Shown here piece by piece: positions 27,363-36,693 of a DNA stretch of 64,000 nt. Where the stretch lies: the NCBI GenBank assembly GCA_963674695.2, contig CAXXGI010000001.1, positions 288,001 through 352,000 of the forward strand. The letters run 5' to 3'. Position 1 is the first letter of the stretch. Each line of letters opens with the position of its first letter. The stretch comes from a bacterium (GTDB lineage: Bacteria; UBA10199; 2-02-FULL-44-16; JAAZCA01). The notes under the pieces are model-generated. The model made no database searches, had not been told where the DNA came from, and saw only the letters and a program-made list of their open reading frames with translations. Both the position numbers and the translations under genes were made by a program.

Positions 27363-30300
27363 TTAGCGTGCCCAGACCTGGAAGGAGGAGATCGGCATCA
27401 TCTCTCCCACATGCAGGAAGGCCGAGGGCAGCACATAGTCGTTCACGTCCAGCGGGACCTCGACGAGCGGCTCGAATGTCATCGCTGCATCGGCGGCGAT
27501 CTGCCCCTGATACGACTCGACCGATTGCTGCGACTGGACGACGAGCAATCCGCCGCTGACGACATCCGCTCCCAGCGTCTGCATCGGCATCCGCATCGGC
27601 GGGAGATTCCAGATCGCCACATCGGCGGAGGCGACCTCCTTCTCCGGAAGAAAGGAGATACGCTCCTGGATCTGATGCGGAAGACTCTCGATCGCACGCT
27701 CGGTCTGCAGGCGCCGAGCCTCATTGTTCTCTCTCCACTGCACCTTCGCGCCAACGCGCGCGGCCGCGATCATCTCACCAAAGGCCAGGCGAGGATCATA
27801 GACGATCGTCCGGATCTCATCGATCGATTTGCCACTGCGCTGCAGCGCCGATCGCATCAGGACGCTCATAGCCAGATCCAGTCGCGGGAATCGCGCCTGC
27901 AGGGCACCATAGGCCAATGCCTCGAAGCGCTCCCCACCGGAAATCGTCTGCAACGCTGGACCCGCTGAGATAGAGGAGAGATATCGGGAAAGCGATTCGA
28001 TCGATGCGCTCTCAGGCAAGGCCAGTGGCACCACCTTGTCAAACGCTGATCGGGCAAAGACCGCGTCTTTTGGAATGATGCCGTCGCGTCCCTCCACGAT
28101 GCGATGGATGCCATCGACACCGCGAATCGGGACGAAGACCCCTCCCCACAATTTATGTGCCTCATCGAGCATATCCTCGAAGCGCTCGATCCGACCCGGC
28201 TGCTCGCCGATGCTCGCATTGAGCTGCTCGATACAGGCGCGATAGCTCGCATGCGCCGGATCCAGCGCCACCAATCGCTTGAGTCCCCCGAGCAGACTCA
28301 CCGCAGCCTCGCTGACCTCACGCCGGTGCCGCTCGGGATAATCCATCCATCGCGGCGACGCATAGGTGCCCCACATGCGATTCGTGCTCCCCCATATCTC
28401 GCGCCCGAGCAGCTGGCCCTCCTTGCGCAATTTCGCCCCGACGGTGGGTGCCACCCGCTTCGGCGCGTGCCCGAGCTGTCCGCGGAAATCGGCGATCGGC
28501 TTGGCACCGGCCGGCGGCTCGGATGCATTGGGCATATGGCGATCGCCGACGAGATAGAGCGGCATCGCCTCCGCCTCGATTCCCCAGTCGCGGAAGGTGC
28601 GCGCCACCGGATCGAGGTTTCCCGGCTCGTTGTCGAAGAACCCCGCGAGTATCCGGTCGCCCACGAGCAGACGAAAGACGCGCGCCTTGAAGGCATCATC
28701 CGCTTCGAGCGGATCGCGGCGCATCTTGAGTTTGACGTTGTCGAGCAGCGGGAACCCGAATGCCATGAGCTGCGCCAGCGTTCCCTCGCGCATATCCTCG
28801 GTACGCCCGGTTAAGTAAGCGATGCGCACGCCGATCGACTTGAGCGCATGGGCCAGTTCCGCTGCAGCAGGTCGCACGCGATCCTCGCCCAGATGGTCGT
28901 TGCTCAGAAAATGTTTGAGAAAATAGTTCTGAAATTCCTGCTCGATCCCAAGCCCATCGAGACCGGCCTGCACGAGCGTCTCGCGCACGCCGTATTCCAC
29001 CTGCGAGGGCGTAAACTCTGCGACCTGGTCCAGGATCCAGGCCTTCTCCGGATGCTTTTTGACCCACTCGGCGAGAAATCCCTGGAGGACGCGATGTGCG
29101 CGCGGCGCGGTCTCCACGAGACTGTCGTCGATATCGAAGATGACGACCGACTCCTTGTTCCGTTCCTGCGCCTCGCGCAGGCGCGCCACCATCGGGGCGT
29201 AGGCCGGTTGCATCAAGATCTGCGGCAGGTCGTCGAAGTCGAGTTTGGGCACGCCGCCCATCTGACCGATCTCCTCCTGTGCCTGAATCGGATCGATGGC
29301 GATGACCCCTTCGGCCGGATCGGCCGCGCCATCGGGCTGGTCGCCCAGGACGTAGAGCTTGGTCACCTTGTGTCCGAATATCTCATTGAGATACCCTTCC
29401 AAGTGATTGGCGGTGTTATCAGCTGCCGCGATCACCCAGTAGTCTGGATGCTCCTTGAGCTTGGGCAGGAGCATCTCCCATTTCTGGGCCTCGTGTTGCA
29501 CCCCCATCGAATAGTCGATCGGATCGCCATCGAGAAAGAGGCGATGGGAGTGATCATCCCAGAGGCCGATGCCGCGCAGGGCATGGCGCGATGCCGATTC
29601 CCCATCGGCAAGCGGATCCTCGCCATAGGTGCGAAGCGAAATAAAGAGCGTCTCCAGGGGAATGCCCTTGGCCTTCAGACGACGACGCAGAAGTTTAATG
29701 ACATTGACCATTCCCCAGATCGGCTCGACCTCCTCGACGCGTTTTTTCGGATCGTAGAAATGCGCATTGTGATAGGCCAGCGACGATTGGAGCGTCGCCT
29801 CGCGCGTCACGCCCAACCCCATGAGGATTTTCATCCCATTCCAGCCGTTCACTTCCTTTCCGTTTTTCATTTCCCAATCGGAGACGATCGCGCGCACGTC
29901 ATCCGCATCCGGTCCGTCGTAGGCGGCCAACCACTCCTTGAAGAGCTTCACCGTGAATGTGCGGGCATTGAAGAGCGTGCCGTCCAGATCGAGGACGAGC
30001 GTGGGAACCTTGCCCTTCTCCACCGCCTTATTTGCCGACAACTCCAAACGCCGAAGGATCTCCTCGACACGGATGCGTTCGCGCACGCCGGTCGGAAGCA
30101 GGACCGAAGCCGACGACCCGTTGGGCTTGGTCTGTCCCTCCTGGGGAAACCAAAATTCGGGAATCACCTGTCCGCTTGCCTGCTTCGTCTTCATCAGCAA
30201 CCGACGCGGATGCATCAGATCGATTCCATCGCCACGGGCATAGAGCAGGCTCCCCCCTTTAAAGACAACGTCCTGAAGCTCGCGCGCGGTGACCACATCG

Positions 30301-30845
30301 CGCAGGGCTGCCGCCTGATCATCCCTCCCCCGAAGCGTGCTGTGGCGCCAAGCGCCTGAAGGGTTTCCCGCACCGTTGTGCATCCGATGCAGTTCGACGC
30401 GGTAACGATCGCTCTCCGAATTGTGAATGACGTGCAGACTCGACGATGCGAAGAGGTCGCTTCCCGCCATAAACCCACGGATCGCCCCCTCCTCGGCAGT
30501 GGTCAGATCGAGGATGCCATCGATGTCGAGGATCTGCTCCATCCGTTCAATCGCACTCGCCTCATCGTTCGCGCGGAATAGCTGCAATTGTTGCATCAAA
30601 CTCGAACGCATCTTCGCCACCGCATAGAACAGCGGCGCGGGATCATTGAAGGAGCTGAGATAGGTCTGCATGAGCCTGGGATGACGCGCGGCCAGCCAGG
30701 TCAGATCGGCCATGCTGAAGACACCCCCGCCATCGAGAACCGAGGGCATCGGTTCGGAATCGGTCTGGGACACAGCCTGTTCCGCCAGCGCCGTATGGTT
30801 GGCGATGATGATGGGGGAAGTCGATGTCTTTTCCGGTCCGGCCAC
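27363..30845 (-). CDS. Large protein with two tandem HAD-superfamily phosphatase domains
   Basis: HAD1: LDLDGT..ISLR..AADN. HAD2: FDIDDS..LTGR..FK..FFDNE. Confidence 0.75.
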   Translation of the reverse strand: MAGPEKTSTSPIIIANHTALAEQAVSQTDSEPMPSVLDGGGVFSMADLTWLAARHPRLMQTYLSSFNDPAPLFYAVAKMRSSLMQQLQLFRANDEASAIERMEQILDIDGILDLTTAEEGAIRGFMAGSDLFASSSLHVIHNSESDRYRVELHRMHNGAGNPSGAWRHSTLRGRDDQAAALRDVVTARELQDVVFKGGSLLYARGDGIDLMHPRRLLMKTKQASGQVIPEFWFPQEGQTKPNGSSASVLLPTGVRERIRVEEILRRLELSANKAVEKGKVPTLVLDLDGTLFNARTFTVKLFKEWLAAYDGPDADDVRAIVSDWEMKNGKEVNGWNGMKILMGLGVTREATLQSSLAYHNAHFYDPKKRVEEVEPIWGMVNVIKLLRRRLKAKGIPLETLFISLRTYGEDPLADGESASRHALRGIGLWDDHSHRLFLDGDPIDYSMGVQHEAQKWEMLLPKLKEHPDYWVIAAADNTANHLEGYLNEIFGHKVTKLYVLGDQPDGAADPAEGVIAIDPIQAQEEIGQMGGVPKLDFDDLPQILMQPAYAPMVARLREAQERNKESVVIFDIDDSLVETAPRAHRVLQGFLAEWVKKHPEKAWILDQVAEFTPSQVEYGVRETLVQAGLDGLGIEQEFQNYFLKHFLSNDHLGEDRVRPAAAELAHALKSIGVRIAYLTGRTEDMREGTLAQLMAFGFPLLDNVKLKMRRDPLEADDAFKARVFRLLVGDRILAGFFDNEPGNLDPVARTFRDWGIEAEAMPLYLVGDRHMPNASEPPAGAKPIADFRGQLGHAPKRVAPTVGAKLRKEGQLLGREIWGSTNRMWGTYASPRWMDYPERHRREVSEAAVSLLGGLKRLVALDPAHASYRACIEQLNASIGEQPGRIERFEDMLDEAHKLWGGVFVPIRGVDGIHRIVEGRDGIIPKDAVFARSAFDKVVPLALPESASIESLSRYLSSISAGPALQTISGGERFEALAYGALQARFPRLDLAMSVLMRSALQRSGKSIDEIRTIVYDPRLAFGEMIAAARVGAKVQWRENNEARRLQTERAIESLPHQIQERISFLPEKEVASADVAIWNLPPMRMPMQTLGADVVSGGLLVVQSQQSVESYQGQIAADAAMTFEPLVEVPLDVNDYVLPSAFLHVGEMMPISSFQVWAR

Positions 30846-31062
30846 GGTCCGATTCCTTTCCGCGCGCCGATCCCCCGACCGACGCTGACGGAACGTCGTC
30901 TAACGTATCAAAACCCCACCTGTCAATGGAGGGAGTGTTAAAAAAATGTAAAAAAACCAAATGGATGACACGTCGACCTTGCAAACGGAGATCCGCCGAA
31001 AAAGAGGCCGAAATAGTAGAAAGTATATCAGAATTGCATCGTTGGAGTTTGTCATCAACCTC

Positions 31063-31096
31063 AAAAAAACCCGGCGCCGCAAGGGCGCCGGGTTTT
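31063..31096. terminator. Intrinsic terminator
   Basis: AAAAAAACCCGGCGCC-GCAAG-GGCGCCGGGTTTT downstream of the FG-GAP gene. Confidence 0.85.
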
Positions 31097-31117
31097 CGTG
31101 GAAGATTCAAACAACGA

Positions 31118-33610
31118 TCAGCGGACGGAGCCCAAAGCATTGGCGCCAGCTGCACCCGTAAACGTCGAGTTTGCCGTGCAGGCTCCCGAGAGATCGCAAC
31201 TTGAAGGACCATTCGCGGAACCGTTGAAGATATAGGCCTGCCCATTGGCGGCCATACCAGGTGCATCCACGGCACCGACGATGACGTCGTCAAACCCGTC
31301 GCCGTTGATGTCGCCAACCGTCGACACTCCAGCACTGCCGCCTAAAAGTGCACCGGCAGCATTTCCCGTGAACATCGCGTCGGCATCCCCGGTACCCATG
31401 TTCGCAGTGAGTCCGCTGCCGAGATAGACGTAGGCACGGCCATGGTCGTCAGCCGAATCCCAGCCCTGTGAACCGACGATGATATCCGGCGTGCCATCGC
31501 CGTCGACATCACCAGCGGTGTTGACGGAGCTCCCAAGGTCATCGGCGCCGCTGTCGCCGGAGATCGTGTTGGCCGCCGTGCAGGACCCCGACAGATCGCA
31601 GTCGCTGATGCCGTCTGCAGAACCGTTGAAGACATAGGCCCGCCCAGCACTACTATTGTACGCTGCCGCACCCACGATGACATCATCGTAACCGTCGCCG
31701 TTTAAGTCGCCGGCCGTGGACACGGAGTGGCCCAAATAATCGTCGGCAGCGGAACCTGTTAGCGTCGCACCGGGCGTACACGAAGCGGTGAAATCGCAAT
31801 CAGCGATACCACTTGCGGAGCCCTCAAAAACATAGGACCTCCCCTTCGCCGCACTCACAAGCGTTTCCCCGACGATGACGTCGTCGTAGCCGTCACCATT
31901 GACATCGCCCGCAGTGGCAACCGAGCCGCCCAGGTAGGTGACACCATCACCTGTAATCGTCGTATCCGCCGTGCCGGAATCGGAGAGGTCGCAATCGCCC
32001 ACACCCGTCGCGGAACCGTTGAAGACATATGCCAACCCGGCCTGCCCCATGTCCCCGGGAGCACCGACGATGACGTCGTCGTACCCATCACCGTTGACGT
32101 CGCCGGCAAAACCAACGGAGAAGCCCAACCACTTGTTATTGGGCCCCGTGATGCTCGCATTCGGTGTGCACGAACCGGAGAGATCACAGTCTGCGATCCC
32201 GTTCGCCGAACCATGAAGAACATATGCCTGTCCATTAAAACTCGCCCCGGCCCTATATGCACCGATGATCACGTCGATGTACCCGTCGCCATTCACATCG
32301 CCCGCCATATCAACCGAAATGCCGAAAAGACCCCCGGCGGAGGGACCGGTGAAGGTTGTGTCTGCCGTGCAGGTACCGGAGAGATCACAGTCGCTGATGC
32401 CATCTGCCGCCCCAAGGAAGACGTACGTCTGGCCCGTACTGCTATCATGCCCCGATGCCCCCACGATGACATCATCATATCCATCGCCGTTGATGTCGCG
32501 CGCATGGAGCGTGGTGAAGGTCGTCTCTGATCCCACCGCACTGGAGAGGTTCACCAGGGGCAGTTCCGCCGAATCCACCGTGATCGTGTACTGCGTGTTG
32601 AAAGCGAAACGCTGCGTCGGCGTGAAGACCGTCGAGAGATAGTCGGCCGCCCATGCATAGGTTCCGGCAACCGCGGTCCCGTCCGGATCCGCAACCGTCA
32701 CCGCTCCTTCAAACTCCGTGCGCTGCGCCTCTTCCGTCAGGGCCGTCGCCAGGGTATACTTGATCGTCGCCGACCGAGGAATGGGTAGGGTTCCATCGGT
32801 CTCAAGCTCCGTACCGTCCTTGCGCACGAGTTTGGCCGATGAGATCACAACCGAACCGATCGTTGCGAAGGTCGCGGTGGTCGTGTCGAGCGCGCTCCCC
32901 CCAGAAGTGGTAACGCCGCTGACGCTCGAGGTGTAACTGCTGCCCCTGCTGAGCGCATCGTGAACGCAGGTGGCCGTGCGCGTCGTGCTGTCGTAGGTCA
33001 CGCTGGTGCAGAGACTCTCGCCCGCGTTATCCGCCTTGAGCGTAAATGCCGTTGCCCAAGCGGCCGGTTCCGTAATGGCGCTGGCGAATACCGCTGTCAC
33101 CGCGGCATCGAGCGCCACTTCCGTAGCGCCGTCTGCGGGAGAGAGCGTTACGGCCGTGCCGGTCCCGGTCGTGAACTGGGCCATAAACCCCTCGAACGAC
33201 TCTCCAAAGCGATAGGAGATGCCATCGGTGAGACAGATCGTGTAATCGGTGTCGCCATCGAGGGCGTCGGTCGGACTCAGCGTGCAACTGAGCGCAGAAG
33301 AACAGTCCACCGCAGCACTCAGCGCGCTGTCCGGATCGCAGATCGAACCGTCGTATGCCGCCTTGACGGATGCCGCCGCGGCCAGCGCCGGCGTGGGCAT
33401 GATGAAGAAGGTCGAGGTCGTGACGGTCTGCTCCTGGACCATCTGAGAGAAGGTATATTCGAAGGTACTATCCGTGGCGACGGCCGTGGCTCCGTTGAGC
33501 GTATTCACACTCGTATCCCCCGTCGCCGCGCGATCGTGCCCGCCGCACCCTATCCCCAGCATCATTGAAAGCGACATCAGAATGGCTGCAACTCCAATAA
33601 AACGCTTCAT
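31118..33610 (-). CDS. Lipoprotein with Ig-like (Big_5) domains and FG-GAP/integrin-alpha repeats
   Basis: Lipobox LGIGC; about 7 GD(V/I/L)(N/D)GDG(Y/F)DDVIVG repeats; SPADGAT.V.LD Ig motif. Confidence 0.88.
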   Translation of the reverse strand: MKRFIGVAAILMSLSMMLGIGCGGHDRAATGDTSVNTLNGATAVATDSTFEYTFSQMVQEQTVTTSTFFIMPTPALAAAASVKAAYDGSICDPDSALSAAVDCSSALSCTLSPTDALDGDTDYTICLTDGISYRFGESFEGFMAQFTTGTGTAVTLSPADGATEVALDAAVTAVFASAITEPAAWATAFTLKADNAGESLCTSVTYDSTTRTATCVHDALSRGSSYTSSVSGVTTSGGSALDTTTATFATIGSVVISSAKLVRKDGTELETDGTLPIPRSATIKYTLATALTEEAQRTEFEGAVTVADPDGTAVAGTYAWAADYLSTVFTPTQRFAFNTQYTITVDSAELPLVNLSSAVGSETTFTTLHARDINGDGYDDVIVGASGHDSSTGQTYVFLGAADGISDCDLSGTCTADTTFTGPSAGGLFGISVDMAGDVNGDGYIDVIIGAYRAGASFNGQAYVLHGSANGIADCDLSGSCTPNASITGPNNKWLGFSVGFAGDVNGDGYDDVIVGAPGDMGQAGLAYVFNGSATGVGDCDLSDSGTADTTITGDGVTYLGGSVATAGDVNGDGYDDVIVGETLVSAAKGRSYVFEGSASGIADCDFTASCTPGATLTGSAADDYLGHSVSTAGDLNGDGYDDVIVGAAAYNSSAGRAYVFNGSADGISDCDLSGSCTAANTISGDSGADDLGSSVNTAGDVDGDGTPDIIVGSQGWDSADDHGRAYVYLGSGLTANMGTGDADAMFTGNAAGALLGGSAGVSTVGDINGDGFDDVIVGAVDAPGMAANGQAYIFNGSANGPSSCDLSGACTANSTFTGAAGANALGSVR

Positions 33611-33786
33611 ACGATCCCCCTTTTCTGAACATTGACAGGATTTTGATTGAACCCAAAAAAGCTACCTATTGATTCCGGCGAGGTCAAGCGTGTACCGCTG
33701 ATTCATCGAAAGGACGCTCATCCTGAGCCATCAGATTCCTCGACTTCCCCGGCATCAGACGATTCCGGAGCTGCCCGGAATGACAT

Positions 33787-34893
33787 CTACAACCCGCCAC
33801 CCATGCCGCGGACCTTGTTCACCGACGCCTCGATCTTCGGATAGAGTTTGACAGCGGTCGCGAATTCCTGCTCGGCGAGTTTATTGTCGCCGCGCTGCTT
33901 GGCTAATCTACCCAGCCAATAGTGCGCCGATGCGGGCCAGTACTTTCCGCCCTGCATCTTGATGAAGGCATTGAGTTCTTTCTCCGCCTCCGGATAGAGG
34001 GCGGGATCCTTCTTCAGCACGAGGGTGGCCCCGATAAAATAGTGCGGCTTTTTGAACGAACCATCGAGCGCCAGTATCGCGCGAAACTGAATGAGCGCAT
34101 CGTCAAAGCGTTTGAGCGCCACGAGCGCCTTGCCATAGATGAGCCGCAGGATGACGTTCTTCGGATAGCGCGTGACATACGTGTCAAGAATGGTGGCCGC
34201 CTTCTCATACCACTTCATCTCGAACGACATGATGGCGAGGTTGATCTCGGCGAGCGTCTTGGCAAAGCGCCCGCGCTGCGCCACCTGCTCGACGATGGCG
34301 ATCCCCTCGCGGCGTTTGTCGGGAAACATGCGCAGAAACCAGAGGTCCTGCGTGAAGACGGAGCGCCAGAAGAGATACATGCCCAGCCCGAAATCGGCGT
34401 CGATGAAACCAGGGTCGATCTCTTTGACGTGTTTGAATATCTGGCGCGACTTGTTGCCCGCGGTATAGGCCGCCCACCACTGGTCGCGCCGCGCCTTGTT
34501 GAACCCATCGAGGCCGAGGACCGAACCGCAGAGAAAGAGTTCCCAGGGCGAGGGATTGTAACGCTGCTGCACGCGCGCCACGATCGCGATCGCACGGTCG
34601 GCCTCGGCGCGAAAGACCTTCTGCTGGCTGAAGTCCTCGCGCTCGAGCATCTGGATTTCATAGGTCGCCATCGTGCCGAAGTATCCCACGGGCGATTCGG
34701 GATAATCGCGTTTGAGTTCAGAAAAGAGTTTGAGCGCCGCATCGTAGTCGCTCGCGAAGATGAGATGCTGCCCCTGCAGGGCCCGCGCCTCCTGATCGGC
34801 ACGCACATCCTCAGCCGTCTTGGCCCAGGCTGAGCTTGAGAGAAGGACCGTAACGAGGAAGACAATCAACACCTGCACCCTGAACACCGCCAT
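33787..34893 (-). CDS. Exported TPR-repeat protein
   Basis: Signal peptide ending AWA; TPR-like helices (YPES, IDPGFIDADFGLG, AHYWLG). Confidence 0.75.
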   Translation of the reverse strand: MAVFRVQVLIVFLVTVLLSSSAWAKTAEDVRADQEARALQGQHLIFASDYDAALKLFSELKRDYPESPVGYFGTMATYEIQMLEREDFSQQKVFRAEADRAIAIVARVQQRYNPSPWELFLCGSVLGLDGFNKARRDQWWAAYTAGNKSRQIFKHVKEIDPGFIDADFGLGMYLFWRSVFTQDLWFLRMFPDKRREGIAIVEQVAQRGRFAKTLAEINLAIMSFEMKWYEKAATILDTYVTRYPKNVILRLIYGKALVALKRFDDALIQFRAILALDGSFKKPHYFIGATLVLKKDPALYPEAEKELNAFIKMQGGKYWPASAHYWLGRLAKQRGDNKLAEQEFATAVKLYPKIEASVNKVRGMGGGL

Positions 34894-34901
34894 CGACACT
34901 C

Positions 34902-34928
34902 CACCGTTCACCGTTCACCGTTCACCGT
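34902..34928. repeat. 7-bp tandem repeat CACCGTT x3.9
   Basis: Directly upstream of the TPR gene start. Confidence 0.85.
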
Positions 34929-35030
34929 AAAGGCCTCAAAAGGACCTGAGAAGTCAATGGCTTTAGCCAATCGCCACGGATGCTGCATTCCCGTTGAATG
35001 TGCGGCGACAATCGGCTAGAGTCCTCGGCC

Positions 35031-36593
35031 ATGCAGCGCTCGCCCGTGTCCAACACCGCACCTTCCTTTATCCTCACCACCGAACGACCGGAGTTGGCCC
35101 AACGCATCCGCGCCACGCTCGAACACGTCTATCCAGGATTGGCGATCGAGCAGACCGACGATCCCAAGTCGGTCGCGGGCATGAACGCCTCCTTGGCGCT
35201 CGTCGACACCGACTTCGTTTCCGGGGCCGCACTCGACCACCTCATGGGGACGCTGCCGGAGATGCCCGCCATCCTGTTGGTGGATGGGCTCGAAGCGATC
35301 CGACCGCTCAAGCACCTGCTCGTCAGCCGACGCAGCATGGTGACGGCCGATGATCTCGATGGCATGGGGCTGATTCAGGCGGTGCACCACCTGTTGGAAC
35401 GCCAGCAGCTCCACGATCAACTGCAGAAGGCCGCGCGCCATATCCAGAAGCTCGCGGTGAGGGATGACCTGACGCGCCTCTATAACCATCGACAGTTCAC
35501 CGAGATGCTCACGAATGAAGTCAAGAAGGCCACGCGGTATGCACGACCGCTGGCCCTGCTGATCGTCTCGATCAAGAACCTCTCCGAGATCAACAAGGCG
35601 CGGGGGCACACCGAAGGGGATCGCGTCCTCTCGAAGGCCTCCGACATCATCCGAGCCCTCGTGCGCGAAGTGGACATCCCCACGCGCTATGGCGACAACG
35701 AGTTCGGCATCATCCTGCCCGAGACGGAGGAGGCCGCCGCGATGGTCGTCGCCCGGCGTATCACCGAGGCGTTGGGCGCTATCACGATCGAGAGCGAGCG
35801 CGGACCGATGGCGCTCACCATCAGCACCGGCATCGCGGCCCTCTCCGAACGCGTGAATACGCGCGACGAACTGCTGCGCATGGCCATCGGCGCCCTCATG
35901 GAGGCCAAGCGCAACCCGGGCAGCCGGCAGTGCACCTCCCACGAACTGACCCAGCACGCCCAGGAGATGGTCATCGACCGCGCGCTCATCGAACGCTTGA
36001 GCCAGCGATGCGAAAAGCTGAGCACCAATACGCAGCGCGCCTATTTTCAGTCGGTGATGAAGGCGATCGGCGCATGCGAACGCTTTAAGCTCATTGCCGC
36101 GCATGCCGAGCGAACGGCGTTTTTCGCCAAACGCCTTGCGGAGAGCCTCGGCGCCGACACCGATGAAGCGCAGGTCCTCTATCGCGCGGGACTCCTGCAT
36201 GACATCGGGATGCTGGCCATCGATGAAGAGATCTTTGCGAAATCCGAAGCGCTCAGCCCGACCGAACGCGACGCCATCGAAGAACATCCGGGGCTGGCCC
36301 TCCAGATCATCGGCGACAGTCCGATGCTGACCCGGGAGTTGGCGGCGATTGCCCATCATCATGAACGTTTCGACGGCACCGGCTATCCGGAAGGGCTCGC
36401 CGGCAACGCCATCCCACGCTCCTCACAGATCCTGGCCATCGCCGAGGCCTGGGATGCGATGACATCGGTCCAACCCTTCCGCCGCGAGCCGCTTCCCTTG
36501 AATACCGCGCTCGAAGAGCTCACCCGAAACGCCGGTACGCAGTTCGATCCTCAGCTGGTCACGGCATTTACGAAGCTGGTGGCGGGCTCCTGA
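35031..36593 (+). CDS. REC-like, degenerate GGDEF and HD-GYP domain protein
   Basis: DDLTRLYN, GHTEGD, RYGDNEF (degenerate), LHDIG, HHERFDGTGYP, GTQFDP. Confidence 0.9.
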   Translation: MQRSPVSNTAPSFILTTERPELAQRIRATLEHVYPGLAIEQTDDPKSVAGMNASLALVDTDFVSGAALDHLMGTLPEMPAILLVDGLEAIRPLKHLLVSRRSMVTADDLDGMGLIQAVHHLLERQQLHDQLQKAARHIQKLAVRDDLTRLYNHRQFTEMLTNEVKKATRYARPLALLIVSIKNLSEINKARGHTEGDRVLSKASDIIRALVREVDIPTRYGDNEFGIILPETEEAAAMVVARRITEALGAITIESERGPMALTISTGIAALSERVNTRDELLRMAIGALMEAKRNPGSRQCTSHELTQHAQEMVIDRALIERLSQRCEKLSTNTQRAYFQSVMKAIGACERFKLIAAHAERTAFFAKRLAESLGADTDEAQVLYRAGLLHDIGMLAIDEEIFAKSEALSPTERDAIEEHPGLALQIIGDSPMLTRELAAIAHHHERFDGTGYPEGLAGNAIPRSSQILAIAEAWDAMTSVQPFRREPLPLNTALEELTRNAGTQFDPQLVTAFTKLVAGS

Positions 36594-36693
36594 ATTGACA
36601 GACCGCCGCCTGCGGCGTATAATCCGAAATATTTTACATTCTGAGTACTTACCTTCTCCCGCGACACGCGTCGCATAAGTACCATTCGAACCC

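Noticed and set aside
31200-32500. Recurrent DNA similarity (acgatgacgtcgtc...) as a nucleotide repeat array
   Set aside because: Explained by protein-level FG-GAP repeats.
33720-33786. Degenerate REP half (AGATTCCTCG...CGGAATGACA)
   Set aside because: Too decayed to delimit confidently.
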